A stretch of 64,000 nucleotides of DNA from Nitrosopumilus sp. (GTDB lineage Archaea; Thermoproteota; Nitrososphaeria; Nitrososphaerales; Nitrosopumilaceae): assembly GCA_965249555.1 (NCBI GenBank), contig OZ252243.1, positions 1,984,001-2,048,000 on the forward strand. The letters are read 5' to 3'. Within the stretch, counting starts at the first letter, position 1; every line of letters begins with the position of its first letter. Below the pieces are notes generated by a model. That model was not told where the DNA came from and made no database searches. It worked only from the letters and a program-made list of their open reading frames with translations. This document shows, in pieces, positions 8,657 through 18,677 of the stretch. A program made the translations under genes and the position numbers.

Positions 8657-10330
8657 TTAGAGGTTTGGGCTGGTGATTGCGCCATTTGCAGCAGAACCTA
8701 CAAGTGTTGCATATTTAGCAAGAGCGCCTGTTGTGTAGTTCGGTTTTGGTTGACTCCATTGATTTCTTCTAATTTCTAATTCTTCTTCTGAAACATGAAG
8801 GTTAATCCAATTGGTTTCAACATCTATCGTTATCTCATCACCATCTTTTACCAGTGCAATTGGACCGCCAACATAGGCTTCCGGTGCAACATGACCTACC
8901 ATGAATCCGCGTGTACCTCCAGAAAATCTGCCATCAGTTACCATTGCAACCTTTTTTCCTAATCCTTGACCTACAAGCGCTGCAGTTGTGGCTAGCATTT
9001 CTCTCATTCCAGGCCCGCCTTTTGGTCCCTCATATCTAATAACTATTACATCTCCTTCATCAATTTCTCCTTTTGATACTGCATCAAACGCAAATTCTTC
9101 TCTATCAAAAACACGAGCTTTTCCAGTAAATTCTGTCATCTCCACTCCTGCAGTTTTAATTACTGCTCCTTCTGGAGCTAGACTTCCTTTGAGAATTACT
9201 GCAGTCCCAACTGAATGAATTGGATTCTCAATTGGTCTTACAATATTTTGCTCTGTTTCTGCAATGTTCATTGAAACAAGATTCTCTTTAATGGTTTTTC
9301 CAGTAACTGTCATGCAGTTTTCATTTAGCAGTCCTTTGTCAAGTAACTTCTTTAAGACAAATGGAATTCCTCCAATCTTATCTAGTGAATTCATTACATA
9401 ATTTCCTCCTGGTTTCATATCTGCCAAATGAGGTGTTTTTTTTCTTATTCTTTCAAAATCATCATAACTCAAACTAATACCTACTTCATTTGCAAGTGCA
9501 AGTAAATGTAATATGCCATTAGTTGATCCTCCAACAGAATTCAACATAATTATTGCATTCTCAAATGCCTCAAATGATAAAATTTCTTTAGGTCTAATAT
9601 TCATCTCCAATAATTTAACACATGCCACTCCTGTGTCATATGCCATCTTATCTCGTCTATCATCTTCTGCTGGTGGGCTGGCACTTCCAGGTAACGCAAG
9701 ACCAATTGCTTCAGATATTGATGCCATTGTGTTTGCAGTAAACATTCCTCCACACGAACCCGCATTTGGACATGCAGTGTTTTCAATATTTTTTAGTGCT
9801 TCAAGAGTTATCTGACCTGCATCATATGCCCCAACTGCTTCATAAACATCAACTACTGTTAGCTCCTTACCATCAAGCATTCCTGGCATGATAGTTCCAC
9901 CATATACAAATACTGATGGAATGTTCAGTCTGGCCATGGCCATCATAGTTCCTGGTAGACTCTTATCGCATCCTGCAATTCCTACTAGTGCATCGTATTG
10001 ATGTGCTCTGACCATTAATTCAATTGAATCTGCAATAACCTCTCGAGAAACTAATGATGATTTCATTCCTTCATGACCCATTGCAATTCCATCACTTACC
10101 GCAATTGTTGAAAATTCCCTTGGTGTCGCACCTGCATATGAAACCCCTTCTTTAGCTTTTAGAGCTAATTTTGGAAGATGAATGTTACATGGAGTTGCTT
10201 CATTTCCTGTGTGACAAACACCAATGAATTGTTTTGATAAATCCTCATCACTTAACCCCATGGCTTTGTACATTGCTCTGTGTGGTGCACGAGCAGTTCC
10301 TTCTACAACATTTCTGCTAGAGATTTCCAT
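8657..10330 (-). CDS. ilvD: Dihydroxy-acid dehydratase
   Basis: [42 protein letters not shown] motifs. Confidence 0.97.
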   Translation of the reverse strand: MEISSRNVVEGTARAPHRAMYKAMGLSDEDLSKQFIGVCHTGNEATPCNIHLPKLALKAKEGVSYAGATPREFSTIAVSDGIAMGHEGMKSSLVSREVIADSIELMVRAHQYDALVGIAGCDKSLPGTMMAMARLNIPSVFVYGGTIMPGMLDGKELTVVDVYEAVGAYDAGQITLEALKNIENTACPNAGSCGGMFTANTMASISEAIGLALPGSASPPAEDDRRDKMAYDTGVACVKLLEMNIRPKEILSFEAFENAIIMLNSVGGSTNGILHLLALANEVGISLSYDDFERIRKKTPHLADMKPGGNYVMNSLDKIGGIPFVLKKLLDKGLLNENCMTVTGKTIKENLVSMNIAETEQNIVRPIENPIHSVGTAVILKGSLAPEGAVIKTAGVEMTEFTGKARVFDREEFAFDAVSKGEIDEGDVIVIRYEGPKGGPGMREMLATTAALVGQGLGKKVAMVTDGRFSGGTRGFMVGHVAPEAYVGGPIALVKDGDEITIDVETNWINLHVSEEELEIRRNQWSQPKPNYTTGALAKYATLVGSAANGAITSPNL

Positions 10331-10389
10331 AACATGTAATTTTCTGATTGCTATAATTTAGACTTTATTCTTCAAGTGAAAGGGGTCAA

Positions 10390-10441
10390 GGGGGAAGACA
10401 AACGCTTCCCCCGATAAAACATCAACCGATGTTAGTTTGTC
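10390..10441 (-). promoter_or_regulatory. GC-rich hairpin plus second hairpin with alternative pairing upstream of ilvD
   Basis: GGGGGAAG/CTTCCCCC stem (10390-10412); AACATC/GATGTT stem (10418-10433); GACAAAC (10397-10403) complementary to GTTTGTC (10435-10441). Confidence 0.6.
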
Positions 10442-10493
10442 GATCTACATACTTGAGTAACTTTTCAAGATTATAGATTATTTTCTGAAACAT
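10422..10493 (-). CDS. 23-aa putative leader peptide
   Basis: MFQKIIYNLEKLLKYVDRQTNIG*; TTTATAA box at about 10515-10521 on the minus strand. Confidence 0.5.
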   Translation of the reverse strand: MFQKIIYNLEKLLKYVDRQTNIG

Positions 10494-10577
10494 CATTCAC
10501 ACCATTGATCATGGATTATAAACCTATAGATAAAATTAGTTGGAACTAAATCTTTTATTCAAAACTTTTTGACTTTT

Positions 10578-10712
10578 CTATTTTTTGACTTTTTGTGGTT
10601 TGGAGTGTGCTTTAATCATATGTCGTAGAGTTCTTTCAGAGTCTGTAAATTCCATTTTACATATTCTACACACTAGACTCGTTTCTTGAGTTCGTTTTCT
10701 AAATAAATTCAT
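10578..10712 (-). CDS. C2H2 zinc-finger microprotein (44 aa, not in ORF track)
   Basis: MNLFRKRTQETSLVCRICKMEFTDSERTLRHMIKAHSKPQKVKK*. Confidence 0.7.
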   Translation of the reverse strand: MNLFRKRTQETSLVCRICKMEFTDSERTLRHMIKAHSKPQKVKK

Positions 10713-10807
10713 AAAAAAATGACTATTTTCTGTCTATATAATCTAATGTTGTCAAAAATAATTTTTTAATGAAAACTATTTGAGTTTCTTGGTCCCCATT
10801 GATATTC

Positions 10808-11404
10808 TTATTTGATTAATTCTTGGTTTTCTACTTGTAGCAAATATGCTTCTATTTCTTCAGGAGTTTCAGCACCATATACAATCAAAACTCTATCGCC
10901 TTCCATACTTTCATAATCTCTAATATCTGAGACCTGTTCTCCATTAATGAATAATTTAAGTACGTAATCTTCACTTGTACAATAAGATTTTCCATCTGGA
11001 AATACATAACACTGATCATCAAGACCTATGCTTAATGTGTCAAATAGATATCCTAAGGTAACTCCTGTGGCATGTTTGTGAAGTGTAGTGCCATCTCTTC
11101 CTTCAAAGTGAATCCAAGGTGATTTGATTTGAAACGATGGACCATCAAATGGAAACGTATCTCCAAAAATCTTTACTAAAAGTGCTGTATGTGTGTGAGC
11201 ACTTCCCATTGCACCTGCATTCTCTGGTCCACCAGGTGCAGTTTCAGTCATATTGAGGAACAAAAATACTGCATATCCGACAATTACTGCAATTACTGCA
11301 ATTACTGCAATTGCAATAAGCGTCTCTTTTCTTTTTTCTGCAGAATGTTTTGTAGCGTAATTTTCACGTTTTGCTTCACGCTCTCTTCTTTCTTTTCGTC
11401 CCAT
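10808..11404 (-). CDS. Membrane-anchored His-rich hypothetical protein
   Basis: Basic N-terminus, one TM helix, HTH/IHFE/LHKH histidines and a Cys pair. Confidence 0.75.
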   Translation of the reverse strand: MGRKERREREAKRENYATKHSAEKRKETLIAIAVIAVIAVIVGYAVFLFLNMTETAPGGPENAGAMGSAHTHTALLVKIFGDTFPFDGPSFQIKSPWIHFEGRDGTTLHKHATGVTLGYLFDTLSIGLDDQCYVFPDGKSYCTSEDYVLKLFINGEQVSDIRDYESMEGDRVLIVYGAETPEEIEAYLLQVENQELIK

Positions 11405-11471
11405 GAGATGAACTAATTCTAAAATTTACCCTAATTAACCATTCGATAAAAACAATAAATAAAATCATAAA

Positions 11472-11891
11472 TTGTTGATCTTTATGAGTTGCCTCTTTTG
11501 TGACATCTTAGATGGAAAAAGAAATGCACATTTTCTGTATGAGGATGATTCTCATGTCGCATTCTTAGACAAGTATCCTATTGATGTTGGTCACAGTTTA
11601 GTACTTCCTAGAAAACATCATGAAAAAATAACTGATATGACTCCTGAAGATGTTGGAACTGTCTTTGCACTTGTTCCAAAAATAGCAAAAGCTATTTTAG
11701 AGGCAACTAATGCTGATGCCTTTAGTATTGGTCAAAATAATGGTATAGCAGCTAAACAGATTATTCCACATGTTCACATACATATCATTCCCAGATATAA
11801 TAACAAAGGTACTGTGTGGACAAAACGTCAAATCTCAAATGATGATGAACTCTCAGAACTAGCAAAAAAAATCCGTAGTTCTCTCACTTAG
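11472..11891 (+). CDS. HIT family nucleotide hydrolase
   Basis: CLFC and HVHIH histidine triad. Confidence 0.93.
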   Translation: MLIFMSCLFCDILDGKRNAHFLYEDDSHVAFLDKYPIDVGHSLVLPRKHHEKITDMTPEDVGTVFALVPKIAKAILEATNADAFSIGQNNGIAAKQIIPHVHIHIIPRYNNKGTVWTKRQISNDDELSELAKKIRSSLT

Positions 11892-13167
11892 CGTGACCTG
11901 GATTATACCTCAAAATTGCTCCAACTTTTCCAAGACTAGCAAGCATATTTCCATGTTCAGCACTTCCAGAAATAACTTCTAGTTGAGTTCCTGTTTTTGC
12001 CGCAAGCAATTCTAGATAATCTACAATATCTTGTTCGTTAACCTCTACTTCCATTGCATTACATCCTGTACATGGCTTGTTTGTATACTCTGTCTTTTTT
12101 GGAATAACTAGAGGCCTCTCTACAATTTCTTCTTGAATATGTTGACATCGTTTACATTTTCCTTCTACTCTGTTCAGATTTGTATCATCAGTGATGATCA
12201 AAGTTTTAACAACATTATTTTTTAGATATTCTATAACTTCTTGTAAACCATAGGAACCTTTTCCACTATTCCCATTAATTTCTCTAAATAAATCCTCAAC
12301 TAGTTTCTTTTCTTCTACTAGTCTAAAATTTCCTAAAATATCTGAAGACTTTGCAAATGCCTCTCTAATTCCTTCTGATCCTGAATATGATGCATCAATT
12401 GTAGATATGATGTTATTTTGTAATCTGTATTCTAGATAGTTACCATTGATAAAATCCTCTTTTGTAGGCCCTGGACCTGAGATTATTAATCCTTTAACTG
12501 GATATATGTCGATAAAATACTCTCTTGTAGTTTGAGCTACTCTGTTATAGAAATAACTTAACTCCATCTCTCTGAGTTTTTGAAATCTTTTTGCAGATTG
12601 TCCTCCTTGTCTATGTTTTCCTGCTACTCCTGAACCTGTTTGACCTAATACCTCAATTTTCTCCCCATGTAATAATCCCCAACCTGCATCTTTTGCATCA
12701 ATTGCCAAAAACCCAATCAGGTTATCGTCTTTTAGCATGTCTTTTAGAATATCTACATGGAAATGATCATCACATCTGTATAGGTACTGATTCAAATCTT
12801 TTGGTGGGTCTACTTCCCACACCGTAACTACTTCACTTCCTAAAGGACCTCCTTCTTCTGGTGGCAGTGCACCACAGAACATTACTAATCCTCTCTCTGG
12901 TGTTTTTTTGTATAGTTTTAGTCTTTGAACAACTTTACCTAATGAATCAACTACATGTGATCTTGTAAGATCTGATTTGATATTGTCTGCCGTTCCTTGT
13001 TCTTGTTGAAGTGAACTGATAATTTCATGAAGTTGCTTTCCCTTTGGAATGTATACTGTAATAAGCTCAGTTCCCCTACCTGATTTTTGAGATAACTCCT
13101 CTAAGGTCTTTCTAATTTTATAGAGTTTAACTGAATCTTGTTTTTCTATGTTTATTCTTTTGTTCAT
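11884..13167 (-). CDS. prf1: Peptide chain release factor aRF1
   Basis: NIKS, YRCD and GGQS motifs; GAILRY C-terminus. Confidence 0.97.
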   Translation of the reverse strand: MNKRINIEKQDSVKLYKIRKTLEELSQKSGRGTELITVYIPKGKQLHEIISSLQQEQGTADNIKSDLTRSHVVDSLGKVVQRLKLYKKTPERGLVMFCGALPPEEGGPLGSEVVTVWEVDPPKDLNQYLYRCDDHFHVDILKDMLKDDNLIGFLAIDAKDAGWGLLHGEKIEVLGQTGSGVAGKHRQGGQSAKRFQKLREMELSYFYNRVAQTTREYFIDIYPVKGLIISGPGPTKEDFINGNYLEYRLQNNIISTIDASYSGSEGIREAFAKSSDILGNFRLVEEKKLVEDLFREINGNSGKGSYGLQEVIEYLKNNVVKTLIITDDTNLNRVEGKCKRCQHIQEEIVERPLVIPKKTEYTNKPCTGCNAMEVEVNEQDIVDYLELLAAKTGTQLEVISGSAEHGNMLASLGKVGAILRYNPGHAK

Positions 13168-13230
13168 TTGTGGTTTCTCCTGATCATGCGAATATTAATT
13201 TTGATTGATTCAATTTCAGTTTTCCTAAAA

Positions 13231-13887
13231 TTATAACTCGTCAAATGTTTTTAGAAATACCTCTAGTGGTTGATTTCCTCTAATTTTGATAACTTTTTGA
13301 TCACTAAAGACCAAAAAGGAAGGAGTTGCATCAATCCCTATTTCCTGCCCAAATTCGTAATGTGTAACAACTCTATCTTGATATTTGTGCTCATCTAGAC
13401 ATGTATTGAATTCCAGCAAGTCCAAATCCACTGTAATTGCAAATCTATCTAATGACTCTCTTGTAATCCACCCTGTTTTTTCTCCTCCCCAATTTTTGTA
13501 AAGTTCATTATGATACTGCCAGTATTTTCCTTGGTCTTCTGCACAATATGATGCCTCAGCAGCTAGTATAGAATCAGGACCATTTAGTGTAAAGTCTCTA
13601 AAAACTAGTTTCACTTTACCCGTCTTGATAAAATCATTATCAATTGCATCTAGTGTGTTTTGATGAAATTTGTAACAAAATGTACATTGATAATCTCCCC
13701 ATTCTAGAATTGTAATTGGTGCATCAGAGTCACCCATTATTGGAGAACCATTCTCCATTAATTTTGAAGCAGTTAATAATTTTGAATTATTTTCCGATTC
13801 CGGATAAAATGCTAAAAACATTCCTGTAATAATTCCTATTGCTATTGGTATCGCCAAAAGGTACAGTTTTGTCATATCATGATGCAA
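13231..13887 (-). CDS. DsbA-family thiol-disulfide oxidoreductase
   Basis: DYQCTFC active site, GIDATPSF cis-Pro loop, N-terminal TM. Confidence 0.9.
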   Translation of the reverse strand: MHHDMTKLYLLAIPIAIGIITGMFLAFYPESENNSKLLTASKLMENGSPIMGDSDAPITILEWGDYQCTFCYKFHQNTLDAIDNDFIKTGKVKLVFRDFTLNGPDSILAAEASYCAEDQGKYWQYHNELYKNWGGEKTGWITRESLDRFAITVDLDLLEFNTCLDEHKYQDRVVTHYEFGQEIGIDATPSFLVFSDQKVIKIRGNQPLEVFLKTFDEL

Positions 13888-13925
13888 TATGTTTCAAGTA
13901 ATAAATTTGTCATTTTAATGATTTG

Positions 13926-14702
13926 CTAAATTTGATTTTGCAACACTGTCATTATTTCTGACACTTTTTGATGAATATCTTTTTCTTCTTGATTTATGTT
14001 GATTTTTTCTAATTTTTCAAAAATTTCTGTATTGTTTATCATATGCTCTAATACATCAAGTGAAAATGGTTTTTCTATTACTGCAATTGCCCTATTTAGT
14101 TTTGTCAATATGTCTAGTAATGTTTTTTCAAGATACCCTGATGCAAAAATTATTTTTTGGTGTGAGTTGATCTTTAGAATTTCTACTGCAGCTTGTAATC
14201 CTGTCATAAATGGCATTTTTTGATCAAGTATTACTAAATCAAAATAATTTTCTGATTGTTAGGGATTGTTTTTTCTCTTGTACACTTCAATGCACTTGTG
14301 ACCATCAGTTGTTAGTGTGATTTCTTTACCTTTTGCTTCCAGAAAAGCCCTGTATAGCCCCAAAATATCTAGATCATCATCTGCAATTAGTATCTTCATT
14401 GGTTTTTTTGGAATCTGTTTTTCTTCTTGGTGAATATTTTCTGCTCCAATTTTGTTAATTTCTAACTTTATAGGATCTAGAATTTTTGAACCAAATCTGC
14501 CAAAAACACCTTCAGTTAAATCTGCAAATAATTCATAATTTGTAATGATTTCTTTTTCTGTTTTTCCACAAATTTTCATCATTGTTTGCATAATTGATTT
14601 GTATCCATTTCGACCATATAGATCAATTAATTCCCCTTGAATGATCTCTGAAATCTGGTTTTCATATTTACTGTCGTTTGATTCTGTTCCTGAATTACTC
14701 AA
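13926..14702 (-). pseudogene. Response regulator receiver protein interrupted by an in-frame TAA
   Basis: KILIADDD...NNP*QSENYFDLVILDQKMPFMTG...IEKPF; the two ORFs are in frame, separated by the stop at 14259-14261. Confidence 0.8.
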
Positions 14703-14849
14703 TTTAGAATATTCCTAGGAAAAAATATATCAAAAACAGCAGTATGTTAGATCTTGGAATAACAGTTTTTTTTAAGACTAATTGTAACTTTCTTTATAAA
14801 TTCAATAATTATCCAAGAGCTTAAATATATTCAGAGGGTCATAATTTTC

Positions 14850-15077
14850 ATGTCTGCATCAAATCAAATTAATGTCTCTAAGACTGGTGTTTCAAAATTA
14901 GCAATAGTAGTATTGGCTATAGTCTTTGCAACAGGATTATTTGTTGTTGGATTTGATAATGGACATATTGTTAACTTTGTATTTGCTGAAGATGGATCTA
15001 TGGGTGGTACTGATCCTCTAGTAATACATGAATTTGCTCATGATATGCGACATGCAGCAGGCTTTCCCTGTCATTAG
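14850..15077 (+). CDS. cbtB: Cobalt transporter subunit CbtB
   Basis: One TM plus C-terminal HEFAHDMRHAAGFPCH. Confidence 0.9.
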   Translation: MSASNQINVSKTGVSKLAIVVLAIVFATGLFVVGFDNGHIVNFVFAEDGSMGGTDPLVIHEFAHDMRHAAGFPCH

Positions 15078-15089
15078 GAGTTCGATATA

Positions 15090-15821
15090 ATGAAAACATT
15101 TGTTTTTCTCATAATTGTTTTAATCTCTGGCGCATTTGCAGGTACTATTCATGGTATTGTGAATTTTGCAATTGTAGAACCCTATCTTGATCAGGCAATT
15201 GGAATTGAAAATCAAAATCTATTTGCATCAGGTGAAGAAAAAGATACTCCTGAATTTTGGGTAGAATATGAAGGATATAGAGTATGGCAAAAAAGTGGGC
15301 AAATTGTGGCCGGAGCTATTTTAGGAACATCAATTGGTGCATTATTTGGAATAGTCTTCGCATTATCTAGAAACTCATTACCCGGAAATAATGATATCAA
15401 AAAAGCAGTTGTTTTAGCTGGAATAATGTGGTTTACTTTGTTTGTAATTCCATTTCTCAAATATCCTGCAAATCCTCCAACTGTAGGAGATCCAGAATCT
15501 ATCGTACTCAGGTCAGCCCTATATCTTTCTTTTATTGCAATTTCTGGATTTGGTGCAGTTGCTTTTTACAAATTATCAAAGAAATTCCCAAACAATAGAA
15601 AATCTATGGCACTAATTTCCTATGGTATTTTTATCTCAATAGTTTTCTTTGCAATGCCTGAAAACCCAGATGACATTACTGCCCCCATGGATTTGGTAAA
15701 TGAGTTTAGAATAATGTCTTTCCTTGGAGTCACTTCTTTCTGGATTTCAATTGGTGTGATTCTAGGATTCTTTTGGAATCGTCTTAGTCCTCATAAAGAA
15801 ACCACTCCGTCTTATAACTAG
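15090..15821 (+). CDS. cbtA: Cobalt transporter subunit CbtA
   Basis: Multi-TM; PFLKYPANPPTVG motif; follows cbtB. Confidence 0.9.
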   Translation: MKTFVFLIIVLISGAFAGTIHGIVNFAIVEPYLDQAIGIENQNLFASGEEKDTPEFWVEYEGYRVWQKSGQIVAGAILGTSIGALFGIVFALSRNSLPGNNDIKKAVVLAGIMWFTLFVIPFLKYPANPPTVGDPESIVLRSALYLSFIAISGFGAVAFYKLSKKFPNNRKSMALISYGIFISIVFFAMPENPDDITAPMDLVNEFRIMSFLGVTSFWISIGVILGFFWNRLSPHKETTPSYN

Positions 15822-15824
15822 TTG

Positions 15825-15867
15825 TTCTAACTCTATGGAACGAGAACCAAAGCATTTCGTTTAAATA
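15825..15867 (+). promoter_or_regulatory. Putative operator half-palindrome and TATA box of the HTH regulator pair
   Basis: TTCTAACTCT-AT-GGAACGAGAA at 15825-15846, then GTTTAAATA at 15859-15867. Confidence 0.45.
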
Positions 15868-15891
15868 TACTGTAATATTTTTGATATTTAC

Positions 15892-16221
15892 ATGTCTAGG
15901 AGATTAACATTACCACAATTAAAAAAATATGACATAACTCAAAAAGTAATTGAAGCACTAGCTGATTCTGAATCCCGTGCAATTTTGTTTTCTATAATTA
16001 GAAGAGGAAGTACAGCTGCAGAACTTTCATATAAACTCAAAATTCCTCTTAGTTCTGTATATAAAAAATTAGCAGACTTGGAAGAACTTACACTAATCAA
16101 AGTTGAAAAATGGATGCTATCTGATAAAGGTAGAAAATACAAAGTTTATCGTAGCAGAATTAGCAAAGCTGATATCTCCATCAGAAAGCCTGAGCCAACT
16201 CTAACATTGATTCCTAATTGA
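15892..16221 (+). CDS. ArsR-like winged HTH regulator
   Basis: TAAELSYKLKIPLSSVYKKLADLEELTLI. Confidence 0.85.
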   Translation: MSRRLTLPQLKKYDITQKVIEALADSESRAILFSIIRRGSTAAELSYKLKIPLSSVYKKLADLEELTLIKVEKWMLSDKGRKYKVYRSRISKADISIRKPEPTLTLIPN

Positions 16222-16581
16222 GTGATTATAATGTCAAAACCAAATATAATTCAATTATCTGAGTTTGATATAACTCAAAAAATTATTGAATCACTTAGTA
16301 GTGTTTGTACTAGGGCTGTATTGTTTTCAATAAAAAATAAATCAAAAGATGCAAATCAAATTGCAGATGAATTAAAAATTTCACTTTCAACTGTTTACAA
16401 AACATTGTCTACTCTCGAGGAACTTGCACTCATAGAGGTAGACAAGTATGTTATTTCATCTGAAGGCAAAAAAATCAAACAATATCGTAGTAGAATTGGT
16501 AAGGTGGAAATCACTTTAGAGAATTCAGAGCCCAGTTTGAACTTGTATCCAAACACAGAAAATCCTAAATCAGAACCTTAG
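16222..16581 (+). CDS. ArsR-like winged HTH regulator (paralogue of preceding gene)
   Basis: ANQIADELKISLSTVYKTLSTLEELALI; shares DITQK...YRSRI with its neighbour. Confidence 0.85.
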   Translation: MIIMSKPNIIQLSEFDITQKIIESLSSVCTRAVLFSIKNKSKDANQIADELKISLSTVYKTLSTLEELALIEVDKYVISSEGKKIKQYRSRIGKVEITLENSEPSLNLYPNTENPKSEP

Positions 16582-16664
16582 AATTTCTCTACTATTTCCC
16601 CTTTTGAGACACTTGGGGATCGTCTCTCTAGAAAAATACCAATCCGAGTCTAAATTATGACTAG

Positions 16665-16718
16665 TTCTAATTCTAGAGAGTTAGAATGAATGTTTGGAAT
16701 GAAAATCCGGTTTAAATA
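16665..16718 (+). promoter_or_regulatory. 22-bp inverted repeat and TATA box upstream of phnD
   Basis: TTCTAATTCT-AG-AGAGTTAGAA (arms match 9/10); TTTAAATA at 16711-16718. Confidence 0.6.
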
Positions 16719-16746
16719 ACTTAGCTACTCCTAAGATTTTTAGGAA

Positions 16747-17829
16747 ATGAAACAACAAACAACTCTGACATTAGTTGCCATAATTGTAGCAATTGGTGTT
16801 GCAACTATTCCTTTATCCCAGAATGCCCAAGCACAAAGTTTAGTTCCTGATTGGATTAAAACAAATGCTGGTTGGTGGGCTGAGGGAACAGTAGATGATG
16901 CAACTTTTCTAAATGGAATTGAATTTCTAATTGAAAATAAAATCATTAATCTTCCATCTGAATCAATTGATGTTGATACTATCACTATTGGATTTATTCC
17001 AGTTGAAAAAGCTGATGAATTAACTCCAAAAGCTCAAGCACTAGAAAATTTCCTTGAGAATGAAATGGGTATTGATGTTAAAGTAGTGGTTCCAACAAAT
17101 TATGAGACTATTATTGAAGGAATGCGATTTGGTCATATTGATGCTGCCTTTATGGACACAGGACCTGCATGGATTACACATCAAAGAACAGGTGCAGAAG
17201 CTGTATTGGCAGAACTTGTGAAAGGAAAAATAAACTATCAAGCAACAGTATGGACTCTGGCTGACAATGATTCTATTAATTCATTAGAAGACACTGTTGG
17301 AAAAAAAGTAGCATTTACTAGCATTACTGGCTCATCAGGTTTTGTAAGACCTATGGGAACATTGGTGGCTGATGGCCATATTACCATTGAAGGTGACGAT
17401 ATTGTTGCTTTAGAATCTGCATTAGCAAATAACTTTGAAAGTTATACTTTTGCAGGAGGATACAAGGCAGCATTACAATTACTTCTTAATGAAAATGTAG
17501 ATGTTGCATTTGGTTCAGATATTGCTCCTCAAAAATATCTTGAATTAGAAGATCAAGTAAAATTACGTCCAGTTACAACAATTGGACCTGTCCCATCACA
17601 TGTGTTTATGGTAAGTGCTGATATGTCAGAATCTACCAAAGACGCACTTGTAGATGCGCTTGTTGAACTCAATTATGATGAAAACAATCCTATTTTAACA
17701 GATTTGTATGGTGCTGAGGCACTTGTTCCAACAACTACGACTATGCATATTGGTGAATTTGGAACCTACATTGATTCTTTGACAGGACTTGATCAGTTGA
17801 TTCTTGACAAATACAACAAGAGCAAATAA
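16747..17829 (+). CDS. phnD: Phosphonate/phosphite-type ABC substrate-binding protein with thaumarchaeal surface domain
   Basis: Signal peptide, VPDWIKTNAGWW domain, PTNYETIIEGMRFGHIDAAF, GKKVAF. Confidence 0.85.
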   Translation: MKQQTTLTLVAIIVAIGVATIPLSQNAQAQSLVPDWIKTNAGWWAEGTVDDATFLNGIEFLIENKIINLPSESIDVDTITIGFIPVEKADELTPKAQALENFLENEMGIDVKVVVPTNYETIIEGMRFGHIDAAFMDTGPAWITHQRTGAEAVLAELVKGKINYQATVWTLADNDSINSLEDTVGKKVAFTSITGSSGFVRPMGTLVADGHITIEGDDIVALESALANNFESYTFAGGYKAALQLLLNENVDVAFGSDIAPQKYLELEDQVKLRPVTTIGPVPSHVFMVSADMSESTKDALVDALVELNYDENNPILTDLYGAEALVPTTTTMHIGEFGTYIDSLTGLDQLILDKYNKSK

Positions 17830-17846
17830 AAACTGGAATTCTGTAA

Positions 17847-18677
17847 ATGAAACAAATTCAGATGACAAAAAATCCTTCTTTTTCATTAATTTCTACAAAG
17901 AAAATTATTCAGATGAGTAATGTCTGGACATCTTATGATTCTAAAAATTTTGCATTAGAGGGAATAAACTTGTCAATCGATAGAGGAACCAATTATGCTA
18001 TTATTGGACAGTCTGGTTCTGGAAAATCTACTTTACTCAAATTAATGAATGGGATGATGATTCCAAGTAAGGGTATAATCAAAATTGATTATGTTTCCCC
18101 TGACATGAATAATAAAAAATTCAAAAATATGATGCATACTATTGGTTATATTCCTCAAAGTCTTGGACTAGTAAAAAACATCACAGTTCTTGAAAATACT
18201 CTTCTTGGCGCATTGCCTAGATTAAACAAAATTCAATCGTTGTTTAAAAAATTTCCAGAACATGAGATTCAAGAAGCTAAGAGAATTCTAAATCTAGTTG
18301 GGCTGTCTGGAAAAGAAAACAGAAAAGCCTACATGCTTAGTGGCGGTGAAAAGAGAAGAGTTGCCATTGCTAGAGCATTAATGCAAAAACCTACAATATT
18401 GTTAGCAGATGAAATTGTTTCAGAATTAGATAATGTTACTGCACATGAGATTATGGATTTAATTGCCGATGCTCAAAAACGAATGAATCTAACTGCAATA
18501 ATGGTTCATCATGATATGCAATTAGCATTAGAATATGCAAATCGAGTTGCAGTTATCAAAAAAGGACAAAAAATTCTAGAGATTGGAGTTGAAGGGGAAA
18601 CTATAGTTGATTTTCAAACAGGTGATATGAGTACTGAAGAGATTATGGAGATGTATGATGCTAACTCCAAAAAATAA
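17847..18677 (+). CDS. phnC: Phosphonate-type ABC ATP-binding protein
   Basis: GQSGSGKS, LSGGE, LLADE motifs; operon context. Confidence 0.88.
   Translation: MKQIQMTKNPSFSLISTKKIIQMSNVWTSYDSKNFALEGINLSIDRGTNYAIIGQSGSGKSTLLKLMNGMMIPSKGIIKIDYVSPDMNNKKFKNMMHTIGYIPQSLGLVKNITVLENTLLGALPRLNKIQSLFKKFPEHEIQEAKRILNLVGLSGKENRKAYMLSGGEKRRVAIARALMQKPTILLADEIVSELDNVTAHEIMDLIADAQKRMNLTAIMVHHDMQLALEYANRVAVIKKGQKILEIGVEGETIVDFQTGDMSTEEIMEMYDANSKK

Noticed and set aside
11278-11318. GCAATTACT tandem repeat
   Set aside because: Simply encodes IAV repeats in a transmembrane helix
14259-14261. Programmed stop-codon readthrough (Sec/Pyl) in the response regulator
   Set aside because: The stop is TAA, not TGA or TAG, and no supporting machinery is visible; nonsense mutation or error is simpler
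14700-14849. Cobalamin riboswitch ahead of cbtBA
   Set aside because: A TATA-like CTTAAATA lies about 25 nt before the ATG, implying a leaderless mRNA; the region is AT-rich with no B12-box
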